Source of the DNA: a virus
Strand: one strand, 5' to 3'
Virus record (IMG/VR): IMGVR_UViG_3300020179_002092
Location: 10,496-74,495 of that record
DNA length: 64,000 nucleotides
The first letter of the stretch is position 1. Each line of letters starts with the position of its first letter. Positions 1 through 9,866 of the stretch are shown piece by piece. A program made the position numbers and the translations under genes. A model generated the notes under the pieces. It had not been told where the DNA came from, did not search any database, and saw only the letters and a list, made by a program, of their open reading frames with translations.

Positions 1-90
1 ATGGATGATAAACAACGACAATATTGCTGGCAGCCTGCATATGAACTAGCAAGTTTAGAACAAATTAAAGAGCTTGGAGTAAAAGTTTAA
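1..90 (+). CDS. 3' end of an upstream gene (partial, hypothetical)
   Basis: Frame 1 is open (MDDKQRQYCWQPAYELASLEQIKELGVKV*). Its TAA at 88-90 overlaps the next ATG (TAATG coupling). Confidence 0.55.
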   Translation: MDDKQRQYCWQPAYELASLEQIKELGVKV

Positions 91-1076
91 TGACGGTTTT
101 TGCAAAACAAGTACTGGAGAGTGGTGGTAGTCTGCATCCAATTACAATAGAATTAAGTAAAACAAATGGTACAGGTATATTTAATCCTAGTCTATACTAT
201 GACGAACAAGTAGATAAATTGTACTTTAATATTAGACACTGTCAGGTAACATTATATCACGCCGAAAACGGCAAATATGAAAGTTTCTGGGGACCGCTGC
301 ACTACTGTCATCCAGAAAATGACCTTACTTTAACTACTACAAATTATTTTGGTGAATTAAATAAGCAAACATTAGAACCTATCTATACATCAAAAGTCGA
401 TACTACTAAATTAGACGTTGCTCCTATTTGGAATTTTGTTGGTCTAGAAGATTGTAGAATTGTTAAGTGGGACAATAAGCTATATTTAAGCGGAGTCAGA
501 CGAGATACTACAACAAATGGTCAAGGTAGAATAGAACTATCTGGTATCGAAATTGATGGCGAACATATTAAAGAAGTAACTAGAAATAGATTAAAACCAC
601 CTCTTGGTGATAGTTATTGTGAAAAGAATTGGATGCCTATTAATGACAAACCATTTGAATATGCAAAATGGTGCAATCCTACAGAAATTGTATTAGCAAA
701 TTTAGAAAACAATACTACTACACAAGTATTTCATGGTAAAGAAGCCTTTGCATACCCTAGAGATTTTCGTGGTGGCAGCCAAGTTATTAGACTAAATGAC
801 AAGTACAGATTTTGTTGTGTTCATACAGTTAATTTATTTAAGAGTGAGCAAGACAGAAAAAATGCAGTTTATAGACATTGTTTTATAATTTGGGATGAAG
901 ACTGGAATGTAATTAAACATACATCAGAATTTAGTTTTTTAGATGCAAAAATAGAGTTTTGTGCGGGTATGACTAAATATAAAGAAGATTTTTTAATTAG
1001 CTTTGGTTATCAAGATAATGCTAGTTATGTACTAAGAGTACCAGAAAGTTTAATGGAGAGTATATGTCTCAATTAA
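90..1076 (+). CDS. GH130/PH1107-like five-bladed beta-propeller protein (putative glycosidase/phosphorylase)
   Basis: Motifs FNPSL, GLEDCRI, CEKNWMP, RGGSQ, IEFCAG and ISFGYQDN are typical of this propeller family. Confidence 0.65.
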   Translation: MTVFAKQVLESGGSLHPITIELSKTNGTGIFNPSLYYDEQVDKLYFNIRHCQVTLYHAENGKYESFWGPLHYCHPENDLTLTTTNYFGELNKQTLEPIYTSKVDTTKLDVAPIWNFVGLEDCRIVKWDNKLYLSGVRRDTTTNGQGRIELSGIEIDGEHIKEVTRNRLKPPLGDSYCEKNWMPINDKPFEYAKWCNPTEIVLANLENNTTTQVFHGKEAFAYPRDFRGGSQVIRLNDKYRFCCVHTVNLFKSEQDRKNAVYRHCFIIWDEDWNVIKHTSEFSFLDAKIEFCAGMTKYKEDFLISFGYQDNASYVLRVPESLMESICLN

Positions 1077-1636
1077 AAAACTTGTTATACTCCTATGTAT
1101 ATAATCCTACAGACGAAAATAGACTGTATCTAGCAGATGAATACTATAAACTAGAACAGTATGCTGCTGCATTATCATATTATCTGCAAACAGCAGAAAT
1201 GTCCTTTGAAAAAAATATGCAATATTACTGTTTAATACAGTGTGGAAAGTGTTTCCAAGTTCCTGGTAATAGAAAGCACAGTGTTATGACACTGTATAAA
1301 CATGCAATAAATTTACTACCAAACAGACCAGAAGCATACTACTATTTAAGTCAAGTTTATGAATGGTCAAATGATTGGTTTGATTGCTATACTATGAGTT
1401 GCTTAGGTCTTGAAAAAGAAGAAATTAATGATAGTTATACTAAAAAACTAAAATATAGCGGACGTAATTACTTAATTTTTCAAAAAGCATTATCTGCATG
1501 GTGGATTGGTCGAGGTAACGAATCAAGACAATTACATCAATATTTAATAAATAATCATTTTAATCAACTAGAAGATAGTGTTTTAACTTCTATATTAAAT
1601 AATTTAAAAATACTATATCCTGAACGTCATGGATAA
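1064..1636 (+). CDS. TPR-repeat protein
   Basis: TPR-like helices LADEYYKLEQYAAALSYYLQ and YKHAINLLPNRPEAYYYLSQVY; overlaps the previous gene. Confidence 0.7.
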   Translation: MSQLKNLLYSYVYNPTDENRLYLADEYYKLEQYAAALSYYLQTAEMSFEKNMQYYCLIQCGKCFQVPGNRKHSVMTLYKHAINLLPNRPEAYYYLSQVYEWSNDWFDCYTMSCLGLEKEEINDSYTKKLKYSGRNYLIFQKALSAWWIGRGNESRQLHQYLINNHFNQLEDSVLTSILNNLKILYPERHG

Positions 1637-1910
1637 TAATATTCTCTATGAACGTTTAATAGAAGAAAATCTAGAAAAAGGTTTTCAATTTAAGCTAGTA
1701 GTGAACGATTTTAAAAATGTTACTTATATTCAACTGCGTAAATATTTTTTAAATTATGAAGGTGAATGGATTCCTAGTCGTGAAGGCGTAAGCATACCAG
1801 CTAGTATTGAAAATATACATAGTTTGTTATATGGACTTCTAGATATTTGCGCTAAAGCCGAAGGAGAGAAAATAATTAAGTTTTTTTACGACCATATTAG
1901 TAAAAAATAA
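1629..1910 (+). CDS. PC4/p15-like ssDNA-binding protein (T5-like)
   Basis: YIQLRKYFLNYEGEWIPSREGVSIP is a PC4-type signature; lies just upstream of the ligase as in T5-like phages. Confidence 0.75.
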   Translation: MDNNILYERLIEENLEKGFQFKLVVNDFKNVTYIQLRKYFLNYEGEWIPSREGVSIPASIENIHSLLYGLLDICAKAEGEKIIKFFYDHISKK

Positions 1911-1911
1911 C

Positions 1912-1940
1912 TTGACAAATAAACCTTAAACTGCTATAAT
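1912..1940 (+). promoter_or_regulatory. Consensus sigma70 promoter for ligase A
   Basis: TTGACA (1912-1917), 17-bp spacer, TATAAT (1935-1940), with an A-tract upstream. Confidence 0.9.
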
Positions 1941-1947
1941 ATTATTT

Positions 1948-2904
1948 ATGAATAAATTACATAAACTATTAGATAAAGCCAGTGAAGCCTACTATGCGGG
2001 TAAGCCTACTATTCCCGATCATGTATTTGATCAATTAGCAGATAGCTGTGATTACAATAAAATTGGTACAGCTGTGCATGGGCGTAAAGCCAAGCACTTG
2101 TATCCTATGTATAGTTTACAAAAATATTATGAAGATGAAGGTAAAAGTGATCCATTAGCAGGCTTAGATGTTACTGCAAGTATTAAGCTAGATGGTGCTG
2201 CTATCAGTCTATTATATGTAGACGGTATACTAACACAAGCACTTACTCGTGGTGATGGCCTTGAAGGTCAAATTATTACCGATAAATTATATGAACATGG
2301 TGGCTTAGTGCCACTAACTATTAATCTTTGCAATATAACTGTACAAATTACAGGTGAGATAGTAGCTCCGCTTCATATAGAAAACAGTCGTAATTATGCG
2401 GCAGGATCACTAAATCTTAAAGATTTAGCAGAGTTCAAAACTCGTGCTATTGAATTCTTTGCCTATCAAGTAACGCCAAACCTAGGTCAAACTTGGTCTG
2501 GTGATATGCATCTACTAAAACAATTGGGGTTAAATACTGTACTAGAGCCTGAACTTAGCAATATATATCCTAGTGATGGCACAGTAGTAAGATTAGAAAA
2601 TAATTATCAATTTGACCAACTAGGTTATACTAGCAAACATCCACGAGGTGCTTATGCTAAAAAACAGCGAGCAAGTTTTGTAGAAACCATACTATTAGAT
2701 GTAGAGTGGAATGTTGGAAAAACAGGTAGAGTAACACCTACTGCCATATTAGAACCAGTAAAAATTGGTGATGCTTTAGTAAGTAGAGCAACATTAAATA
2801 ATCCTGGATTTATAGAAGCTCTTGATCTCCAAATTGGAGATACTGTAGCCGTAGCCAGAGCTGGTTCAATTATACCTTGTATAGTACATAAAGTAAATGT
2901 TTAA
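1948..2904 (+). CDS. ligA: NAD-dependent DNA ligase subunit A (adenylation + OB domains)
   Basis: Adenylation motif KLDG, plus ALTRGDG, SDGTVV, WNVGKTGRVTP and RATLNN; split architecture as in T5. Confidence 0.93.
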   Translation: MNKLHKLLDKASEAYYAGKPTIPDHVFDQLADSCDYNKIGTAVHGRKAKHLYPMYSLQKYYEDEGKSDPLAGLDVTASIKLDGAAISLLYVDGILTQALTRGDGLEGQIITDKLYEHGGLVPLTINLCNITVQITGEIVAPLHIENSRNYAAGSLNLKDLAEFKTRAIEFFAYQVTPNLGQTWSGDMHLLKQLGLNTVLEPELSNIYPSDGTVVRLENNYQFDQLGYTSKHPRGAYAKKQRASFVETILLDVEWNVGKTGRVTPTAILEPVKIGDALVSRATLNNPGFIEALDLQIGDTVAVARAGSIIPCIVHKVNV

Positions 2905-2936
2905 AATTTTTTAGTAAAAGCAGTAAAAATTTTAGC

Positions 2937-2965
2937 TTGTCAATTACTAGTTATTAGTGTATAAT
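2937..2965 (+). promoter_or_regulatory. Sigma70-like promoter for ligase B/D5
   Basis: TTGTCA (2937-2942), 17 bp, TATAAT (2960-2965) in the ligA-ligB gap. Confidence 0.8.
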
Positions 2966-2989
2966 AATATCTTAAGTTAATTAATCTAT

Positions 2990-3751
2990 ATGAAAATTAA
3001 AATTCCAACAGAATGTCCGTGTTGTAATTCTAAACTAGAATTAGTAAGAGATCAACTCTTTTGTCGTAATAAAAGTTGTGAAGCACAAACTGCTAAAAGA
3101 GTAGAACACTTTTGTAAAACTCTTGGAATTAAAGGTATGGGTGCTAAAACTATAGAAAAACTAGAACTAGGAGATATAACTGAAATATTTTATCTTGATA
3201 AGCAAGAAATAGCTGCTCAACTAAATAGTGAAAAAGTTGCTGAAAAATTACTCGATGAAATAGATAAAAGTAAATCAGCACCTCTTGCTATAGTTTTAGC
3301 AAGTTTTAGTATTCCATTAATGGGTTTTACAGCTAGCAATAAATTATGTACAGTTATTTCTACAATAGACGATATTAATTTAGATTCTTGTAAAAAAGCC
3401 GGTTTAGGTGATAAAGTAACATATAATCTACTAAATTGGTTAGAAACAGAATTTACAGAAATGAAAGCGTTTTTGCCTTTTTCATTTCGTAATAAAATAC
3501 CAGTAACTAATAATATTAATAAACAAAATATTTGTATTACTGGCAAACTATCTTCTTTTAGAACAAAAGCCGAAGCTTATAGTATATTAATAGAACATGG
3601 ATTTAATATTAGTGAAACAGTAAATAAATCTCTCAGCTATTTAGTCGATGAAGAAGACAACAACAGTAGTAAGCGTAAAAAAGCCGATCAATTAGGCATA
3701 AAAATTATTACAAATTTACAAACTTTTTTAAGAGAATATATTAATGACTGA
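2990..3751 (+). CDS. ligB: NAD-dependent DNA ligase subunit B (Zn finger, HhH, BRCT)
   Basis: CPCC..C..C zinc finger, IKGMG helix-hairpin-helix, and BRCT (ICITGKL...SSKRKKADQLGIKI). Confidence 0.92.
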   Translation: MKIKIPTECPCCNSKLELVRDQLFCRNKSCEAQTAKRVEHFCKTLGIKGMGAKTIEKLELGDITEIFYLDKQEIAAQLNSEKVAEKLLDEIDKSKSAPLAIVLASFSIPLMGFTASNKLCTVISTIDDINLDSCKKAGLGDKVTYNLLNWLETEFTEMKAFLPFSFRNKIPVTNNINKQNICITGKLSSFRTKAEAYSILIEHGFNISETVNKSLSYLVDEEDNNSSKRKKADQLGIKIITNLQTFLREYIND

Positions 3752-4496
3752 AAAAACAAAAAAATGGTCAGAAGAAACAGTAGATCAATTAATGAAACTT
3801 GTTGGTAAACAACGTCCAGTTGCTGCTGAAACAGTTTTGCACGCTGCTAAATCTTTAGGCGAAGATTTTACACCTAGAAGTGTAGCCAGTAAACTACGTC
3901 AACTAGAAGTAGAAGTTGCTAGCATGGCAAAAGAAAAAACTAGTGCTTTTAGTGAAGATGAAAGTGCTGAGCTTGCTGAATTTGTTGTACAAAATGCAGG
4001 AAAACTTACCTATAAACAAATTGCTGAACAATTTATGAACAGCAAATTTACTGCTAAACAAATTCAAGGTAAACTTTTAGCTCTTGAACTTACTGCCAGT
4101 GTTAAACCAGCAGAAAAAGTAGAAGTAGCACGTACTTATACTGATAGTGAAGAGCGCCAGTTTATTCAAATGGCCGAACGAGGCGCATTTATTGAAGATA
4201 TTGCTACGGCTTTAAATAAAACTGTAGCAAGTATTCGTGGCAAAGCACTTAGTCTTACTCGCAAAGGTCAAATTGCTAAGATTCCTGCGCAAAAGAATAG
4301 CTATGCCAAAGAAAATGTTGATCCAGTTACAGCACTAGGAGCAGAGATTCATAGGATGACAGTTGCACAAATTGCAGCTGCTGTTGATAAAACTGAGCGA
4401 GGTCTTAAAACCTTACTTACACGTCGGGGAATCAAAGTTGCTGATTATGATGGAGCAGCAAAACGTGCAAAAGCAGAAGCACGTCAAACAGCCTAA
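3744..4496 (+). CDS. D5: T5 D5-like DNA-binding transcriptional regulator
   Basis: Repeated HTH-like units (RSVASKLR, KQIQGKLL, ASIRGKAL, RGLKTLLTRRG..ADYDG); follows ligB as in T5. Confidence 0.85.
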   Translation: MTEKTKKWSEETVDQLMKLVGKQRPVAAETVLHAAKSLGEDFTPRSVASKLRQLEVEVASMAKEKTSAFSEDESAELAEFVVQNAGKLTYKQIAEQFMNSKFTAKQIQGKLLALELTASVKPAEKVEVARTYTDSEERQFIQMAERGAFIEDIATALNKTVASIRGKALSLTRKGQIAKIPAQKNSYAKENVDPVTALGAEIHRMTVAQIAAAVDKTERGLKTLLTRRGIKVADYDGAAKRAKAEARQTA

Positions 4497-4516
4497 TTAA
4501 AAAATAACAAAACCCG

Positions 4517-4558
4517 AAGGCTGGGAGAATTAAAAACCTCCCAGCCTTTTCTTCTTTT
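4517..4558 (+). terminator. Rho-independent terminator after D5
   Basis: Stem AAGGCTGGGAG / CTCCCAGCCTT followed by TTCTTCTTTT. Confidence 0.85.
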
Positions 4559-4569
4559 AGAGCATATAG

Positions 4570-4869
4570 ATGAAGGTTACAATAACATATCATGATAATG
4601 AAAGTTTTACTGTTGAAGAAATAGTAAAACAAGCTACACATAATTATGGTCGCACAGCCCAAGTCGAAATAATGCCTGAGTCAACGTTAGCTTATGATCA
4701 TATTTATTTTGGATTGCAACAACTTATAACACACGAACAATTAAGCATATTATTTGAAGAAAACAATAAGTATCAACAAGACATTAGAAAATTACGAGAA
4801 GAAGTAATTTACAAAATAACAGAAATTATAGATCAAGTTATTATCGACAATGAATCGAAAGTAGGTTAA
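4570..4869 (+). CDS. Hypothetical protein
   Basis: 99-aa ORF tightly packed before the helicase. Confidence 0.7.
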   Translation: MKVTITYHDNESFTVEEIVKQATHNYGRTAQVEIMPESTLAYDHIYFGLQQLITHEQLSILFEENNKYQQDIRKLREEVIYKITEIIDQVIIDNESKVG

Positions 4870-4871
4870 TT

Positions 4872-6251
4872 TTGGACACAAGCGCAGTAGTCTTAAATAA
4901 ACTACTAGCAGAGCAAAACCTAGAATTATGGGCTCGCCTTAAGCTAGTATTCTTAGACCCTGCCTATAGCTCTCTTTATACTGCTATTAATAAGCATTAT
5001 GAAAAGTATCATCAAGTACCTAGTTTTGATGATCTTTCTGTAACATTAAGGGAGGGGCCTGCGTCTAAAACGTTAGCAACTCTTCGTCTAACAGAAGTTC
5101 CTGATGTTTCAGCAGAAATAGCACTTGATGCATTAATAGATCAATATACACAAAATGAAACAGTAAAATTATTAGATAAATTCGTAGACAAACTACCTCT
5201 TTATGATAGCAATGAAATAAAAGAAAATTTATCTACTATAGTAATGACTATAGAAGAAAAAACACATACTAGTGAAAAAGTATTTAACATGGCTAATATC
5301 ATGTTATTTCGTCATCCTGATGATTTGGAGAAAGAACGTGTTTATTTAGGACTTAATAATACTTTTGATGCTGTTCTTGGTGGTGTAGCTAGACAAGAGC
5401 TTATACTTATCGGAGGGAAGAGAGGTAGTGGCAAGAGTATTACTAGTAGCAACATTTTTATTAATCAGTATGAGAATGGGAATAGCTCAATATACTTCTC
5501 TATAGAAATGACTGCTTATGAAGTTATGGAAAGAAATTTGTCTATACTAACAGGTGTTAGTTTACAGCGATTAAAACAAAATAAGCTAACAGACGAGGAA
5601 GTACTAAGATTAGTAAAATGTAGAGCTAATATGTTTCAAGATTCAGATCAATTAGTATTAGATTTTATGCGTCATCGCGACAGATATAAGTTTGAAGAAA
5701 ATTTAGTGCGAAATCATGAGTTAAATCAAGATAATCAAATGATTATTGTTGACGATAGAGATTTGACTATTAGCAGTATTGACTTACATATAGGAAAAGC
5801 TAAAGCAAAATTTGGTGATCGGCTACAAGTTGTAGTAGTAGATTATTTAAATCAAATAGTGCAAGAAGGCAGCGATATGTATGACTGGAAACCACAAGTT
5901 GAAGTATCAAAAAAATTAAAGAATCTAGCAAGAAAATATGAAATAGTATTAGTAAGTCCTTATCAAATTGATGCAACTGGAGAAGCACGGTTTGCTAAAG
6001 GTATTTTAGATGCTGCAGATATTGCACTAGTAATGGAAGCTCATGATAAAAGTAGTGAAGCTATTAGTTTTGAGACTACTAAAATTCGTGGTGGAAAAGA
6101 GATGAAATTTACTAGTCCTATTGATTGGGAAACACTAAAAATTAGTCCGCAAAGTATAGATAAACCACAAGAAAAAGAAACTATTAAAAAAACTGGAAAG
6201 AAAAATTTAAAACAAGATGACAGCACAGCAGATTTACCTTGGAATGCTTAA
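4872..6251 (+). CDS. Replicative DnaB-like DNA helicase (T5-like), TTG start
   Basis: Walker A GGKRGSGKS, FSIEM, VVVDYLNQ, SPYQ and ILDAAD. Confidence 0.9.
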   Translation: MDTSAVVLNKLLAEQNLELWARLKLVFLDPAYSSLYTAINKHYEKYHQVPSFDDLSVTLREGPASKTLATLRLTEVPDVSAEIALDALIDQYTQNETVKLLDKFVDKLPLYDSNEIKENLSTIVMTIEEKTHTSEKVFNMANIMLFRHPDDLEKERVYLGLNNTFDAVLGGVARQELILIGGKRGSGKSITSSNIFINQYENGNSSIYFSIEMTAYEVMERNLSILTGVSLQRLKQNKLTDEEVLRLVKCRANMFQDSDQLVLDFMRHRDRYKFEENLVRNHELNQDNQMIIVDDRDLTISSIDLHIGKAKAKFGDRLQVVVVDYLNQIVQEGSDMYDWKPQVEVSKKLKNLARKYEIVLVSPYQIDATGEARFAKGILDAADIALVMEAHDKSSEAISFETTKIRGGKEMKFTSPIDWETLKISPQSIDKPQEKETIKKTGKKNLKQDDSTADLPWNA

Positions 6252-7100
6252 ATGACAGATCCAGTACTACAATTATTACAAAAAAATGGATTAAACTATA
6301 CAATAAGTGGCAGAGATTACTTAGTAAAATGTTTAAATCCAGATCATGAAGATACGCACCCTAGTTTTAGAATTGATAGAGTAAATGGTGCAGCACATTG
6401 TTTTAGTTGTGGATTTAAAACTAATATATTTAAATATTTTGGAGTATTTACTAATCCAGTTCCTCTTAGAGTAGCAAATCTTAAACGTAAATTAGAAACA
6501 CTAAAAACAGTAGAAAGTTTAAGCTATCCTGCTGGTTATACACCTTGGACAAAACCATTTCGTGGTATTAGCATTCAAACACTTAAATATTTTAATGCGT
6601 TCTATACTAATCAAGTAGAAAAACTACAAGATAGAATTGTATTTCCTATTAGTGATGTAACTAATCAAATAAAAGTATTTGTTGGTAGACATACACTAAG
6701 TAATGTAAATCCAAGATATATAAATTATCCTAATGGTGTTCAATTACCCCTATTTCCAAGCTATTTAAAACAATCTAATCGCAGCATAGTTTTAGTAGAA
6801 GGAATATTTGACATGTTAAATCTATACGACAAGGGCATGAAAAATGTGATTTGTTGCTTTGGTACTAACACACTACAAAATAACGTAAGTGAAAAGTTGC
6901 TGCCATTTAAAGCGCAAGGAGTTACAAATGTGTACATATTGTTTGATGGCGATGAAGCAGGCGAAAAAGCTGCTAAACAATTAAAGCCATTACTAGAAAA
7001 AGATGAATTCATTGTAGAGATATTAAAACTGCCAGACGGAGTTGATCCTGGCGAATTAGATCAAATAGATGTACAAAGTATAAAAGAGTATATTCAATGA
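6252..7100 (+). CDS. DNA primase (Zn-binding + TOPRIM)
   Basis: CLNPDHED..HCFSC zinc domain; TOPRIM motifs LVEGIFD and FDGDEAG. Confidence 0.92.
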   Translation: MTDPVLQLLQKNGLNYTISGRDYLVKCLNPDHEDTHPSFRIDRVNGAAHCFSCGFKTNIFKYFGVFTNPVPLRVANLKRKLETLKTVESLSYPAGYTPWTKPFRGISIQTLKYFNAFYTNQVEKLQDRIVFPISDVTNQIKVFVGRHTLSNVNPRYINYPNGVQLPLFPSYLKQSNRSIVLVEGIFDMLNLYDKGMKNVICCFGTNTLQNNVSEKLLPFKAQGVTNVYILFDGDEAGEKAAKQLKPLLEKDEFIVEILKLPDGVDPGELDQIDVQSIKEYIQ

Positions 7101-9376
7101 AAATTGCCTTAATTGACAAAGCACCTAATCGCACAAAATATAGTGATTATTTTGAGTTTGATTTTGAACACTTTCACATGAGTTCAAAGCCTATTACAAA
7201 ATTGCTGAAAAAAGATGTAGACCTAGATATTGATACTAACTTATATGACTTAGTGATACTAGTAGGTGCTGAAGCGGCTAAAGAATATGCTAAAATTACT
7301 AGTGTAACTAACTATGCAGGTCAAGTAATAAATGAAAAGTTTATACCTATCAGCAATCCTGCTATGTTAGCATTTAAGCCAGAAGGTAAACCGGATTTTG
7401 AGCGTGCAGTAGATAAAATACACAAATATGTTCGTGGTGAAGTTACTGGACTTAAAACTGGCGATTTTTGTGGTATTGGTAATGAAGAACAAGCTAGAGC
7501 TTTCTTTCAAGAAGTTTTAGATAACGCACAGGGTGTAGTAGCTATGGATACAGAAACAACTGGCCTATACCCTAGAGATGGTTATGTACTCGGCATTAGT
7601 ATTAGTTATAAGCCAAATCATGGCAGATATATTAGCTGTGATTGTATTGGTGAAAATACATTTCAATTATTGCGTGAAATTTGTAGTCGTTTTACAATAG
7701 TTTTCCATAACATGAAATTTGACTATAAAATGCTTAAATATCATCTCGATTTAGAATTTGATCGTAGTAAAGTACATGATACTATGGTCATGCACTATGT
7801 ATTAGATGAAACAGATGGTCATGGCTTAAAAGATTTAGCACTAAAGTACACAGACTATGGTGACTATGACGCTAAACTGGATGAATTTAAGAAAGATTAT
7901 TGCCGTCAACATCATATTCTCAACGAAAATTTTACCTACGACTTAATACCATTTGACATTATCAGTGAATATGCATCGATAGACACAGCAGTTACACTAG
8001 AATTATTTAACAAGTTCTGGCCTATCATACAAAAAAATGGTAATCTATACAAAGTTTACACACAAATCTTAATTCCAGGTACCTTATTCTTAATGGACAT
8101 GGAAGAAGTAGGTATTCCTATTAGTCGTGAACGTATGCAATTAGCGGACGAGTATCTAAGTACAAAGATTGAAGAAGCTAAACAGCATATTTACACTTTT
8201 GATCAAGTAAAATTATTTGAAAAGAATGAAAATAAAACGTTTAATCCTAATAGTGTTATGCAGCTACGCTCAATACTATTTGATTATGTAGGATTAACAC
8301 CAACTGGTAAAAAAACTGGCACAGGAGCTATTAGTACCGATGCAGAAGTACTAGAACAGCTAAGTGAAGAACACGAGCTTCCTAAGGCTATCTTACAAGT
8401 ACGTAAATTATCAAAGATTCAAAACACATATATTCATAAGATACTTCCTGAGCTTGATAAAGACGATAGGATTCGCACTAATTTTAATCTTATTTTTACC
8501 ACTAGTGGTCGTCTATCTAGTAGTGGTAAATTTAATGCACAGCAGATACCTAGAGACGACCCAATAATTAAAGGTTGTATCAAAGCTCCAATAGGTTATA
8601 AAATTGTTTCGCAAGATTTGAGAACTGCTGAAATGTACTATGCCGCGGTGCTGTCAAAAGATAAGAATTTGCAAAAGGTATTTACTGACGATGCTGATTT
8701 TCACAGTAGTATTGCTAAAATGGTATTTGACTTACCTTGTGATGTAGAGCAGGTAAAGAAAATTTATCCAGATATGCGTCAAAGTGCTAAAGCAATTTCA
8801 TTTGGTATTTTATATGGTAGTGGAGCTGATAAAGTCAGTGTTACTGTTACGAAAGCTACAGGACAGCACTACCCTGTAGATCGTGCTCGTGATGATATTA
8901 AGCAGTACTTTACAACTTTTAAAAAATTAAAGCAGTGGCTAGACACTCGCAAGGAGTTTATTCAACAAAATGGATATACTTACTCGTTTTTTGGCCGAAA
9001 AAGACGGCTTCCTAACGTATTCAGCAGTGACAAAGGAATCGCAGCCCACGAAGTACGAAGTGGAATTAATTCAGAAATCCAATCGCTGGCAAGTGACGTT
9101 AACTTACTCGGAGCTATTGGAACTGCTAGAGAAATTATCGAGCGTAGACTTGACGCAAGAATCTTCATGCTTGTACATGACTCAATCGTGGCATTGGTTA
9201 AGACCGAGCACGTAGAACAGTATTGCGAAATATTGCGTAGTAATACTCAATATGACTGGGGCTGTAACATTCCCGGATTTCCTATTGGTGTAGACCAAGA
9301 CATTGGCGATGATTATAGCTTTGGGCATTTTGAAGAAATTTATGCAGTTAGACAAAATAACTTGGCCCGTATTTAA
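7097..9376 (+). CDS. polA: DNA polymerase, family A (T5-like) with 3'-5' exonuclease
   Basis: Exo motifs DTETTG and FHNMKFD, then TSGRLSS, motif A SQDLRTAE, motif B RQSAKAISFGILYG, motif C LVHDS; T5-like N-terminus. Confidence 0.96.
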   Translation: MKIALIDKAPNRTKYSDYFEFDFEHFHMSSKPITKLLKKDVDLDIDTNLYDLVILVGAEAAKEYAKITSVTNYAGQVINEKFIPISNPAMLAFKPEGKPDFERAVDKIHKYVRGEVTGLKTGDFCGIGNEEQARAFFQEVLDNAQGVVAMDTETTGLYPRDGYVLGISISYKPNHGRYISCDCIGENTFQLLREICSRFTIVFHNMKFDYKMLKYHLDLEFDRSKVHDTMVMHYVLDETDGHGLKDLALKYTDYGDYDAKLDEFKKDYCRQHHILNENFTYDLIPFDIISEYASIDTAVTLELFNKFWPIIQKNGNLYKVYTQILIPGTLFLMDMEEVGIPISRERMQLADEYLSTKIEEAKQHIYTFDQVKLFEKNENKTFNPNSVMQLRSILFDYVGLTPTGKKTGTGAISTDAEVLEQLSEEHELPKAILQVRKLSKIQNTYIHKILPELDKDDRIRTNFNLIFTTSGRLSSSGKFNAQQIPRDDPIIKGCIKAPIGYKIVSQDLRTAEMYYAAVLSKDKNLQKVFTDDADFHSSIAKMVFDLPCDVEQVKKIYPDMRQSAKAISFGILYGSGADKVSVTVTKATGQHYPVDRARDDIKQYFTTFKKLKQWLDTRKEFIQQNGYTYSFFGRKRRLPNVFSSDKGIAAHEVRSGINSEIQSLASDVNLLGAIGTAREIIERRLDARIFMLVHDSIVALVKTEHVEQYCEILRSNTQYDWGCNIPGFPIGVDQDIGDDYSFGHFEEIYAVRQNNLARI

Positions 9377-9866
9377 ATTAGGTAATAAACAACCCCAAGT
9401 AGAAAATGGGGTTGTTTATTATCACACAGAATTACTCGACAGTGAAAAAAACGAGTTAATAAATACAATAAACATTGTAGACGATAAAACATTGCCACAA
9501 AAAACATTAGGTTTACGAAGATTAAGTATTAATAAAGATAATTTATATAAAATATCTACAGCAATATATACTCTGCAAGATTTAGTAAAAATAGCCACAC
9601 CAAAAGTTTGGTTTATAGATAGCAGTGGAGCTATTTTTCAGTATAAAAAATCTGTGCGCGCTAAGCTGCAAATTTACAAGATTAAACAGGTTCTACCTGT
9701 TAGTGGAATAGGATGTGTACTAGAGGTTGAAGGTCTAGTAGAAAGATTTAAATCATTAACAGTACCAAATAATGAAAAATATGCGGCAATTTTACACTAT
9801 AGTAACAAAGTGTTATTCTACGGTTTATGTAGTGAAAAAATCAAATCAACTTGGAGATTAGTATGA
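9342..9866 (+). CDS. Conserved T5-like hypothetical protein
   Basis: Lies between pol and D10 as in T5-like phages. ATG 9342 is preferred over TTG 9303. Confidence 0.7.
   Translation: MQLDKITWPVFKLGNKQPQVENGVVYYHTELLDSEKNELINTINIVDDKTLPQKTLGLRRLSINKDNLYKISTAIYTLQDLVKIATPKVWFIDSSGAIFQYKKSVRAKLQIYKIKQVLPVSGIGCVLEVEGLVERFKSLTVPNNEKYAAILHYSNKVLFYGLCSEKIKSTWRLV

Noticed and set aside
1948-3751. Ligase broken by frameshift or pseudogenisation
   Set aside because: A two-gene NAD ligase is the normal T5-like state, and both halves have intact motifs and promoters.
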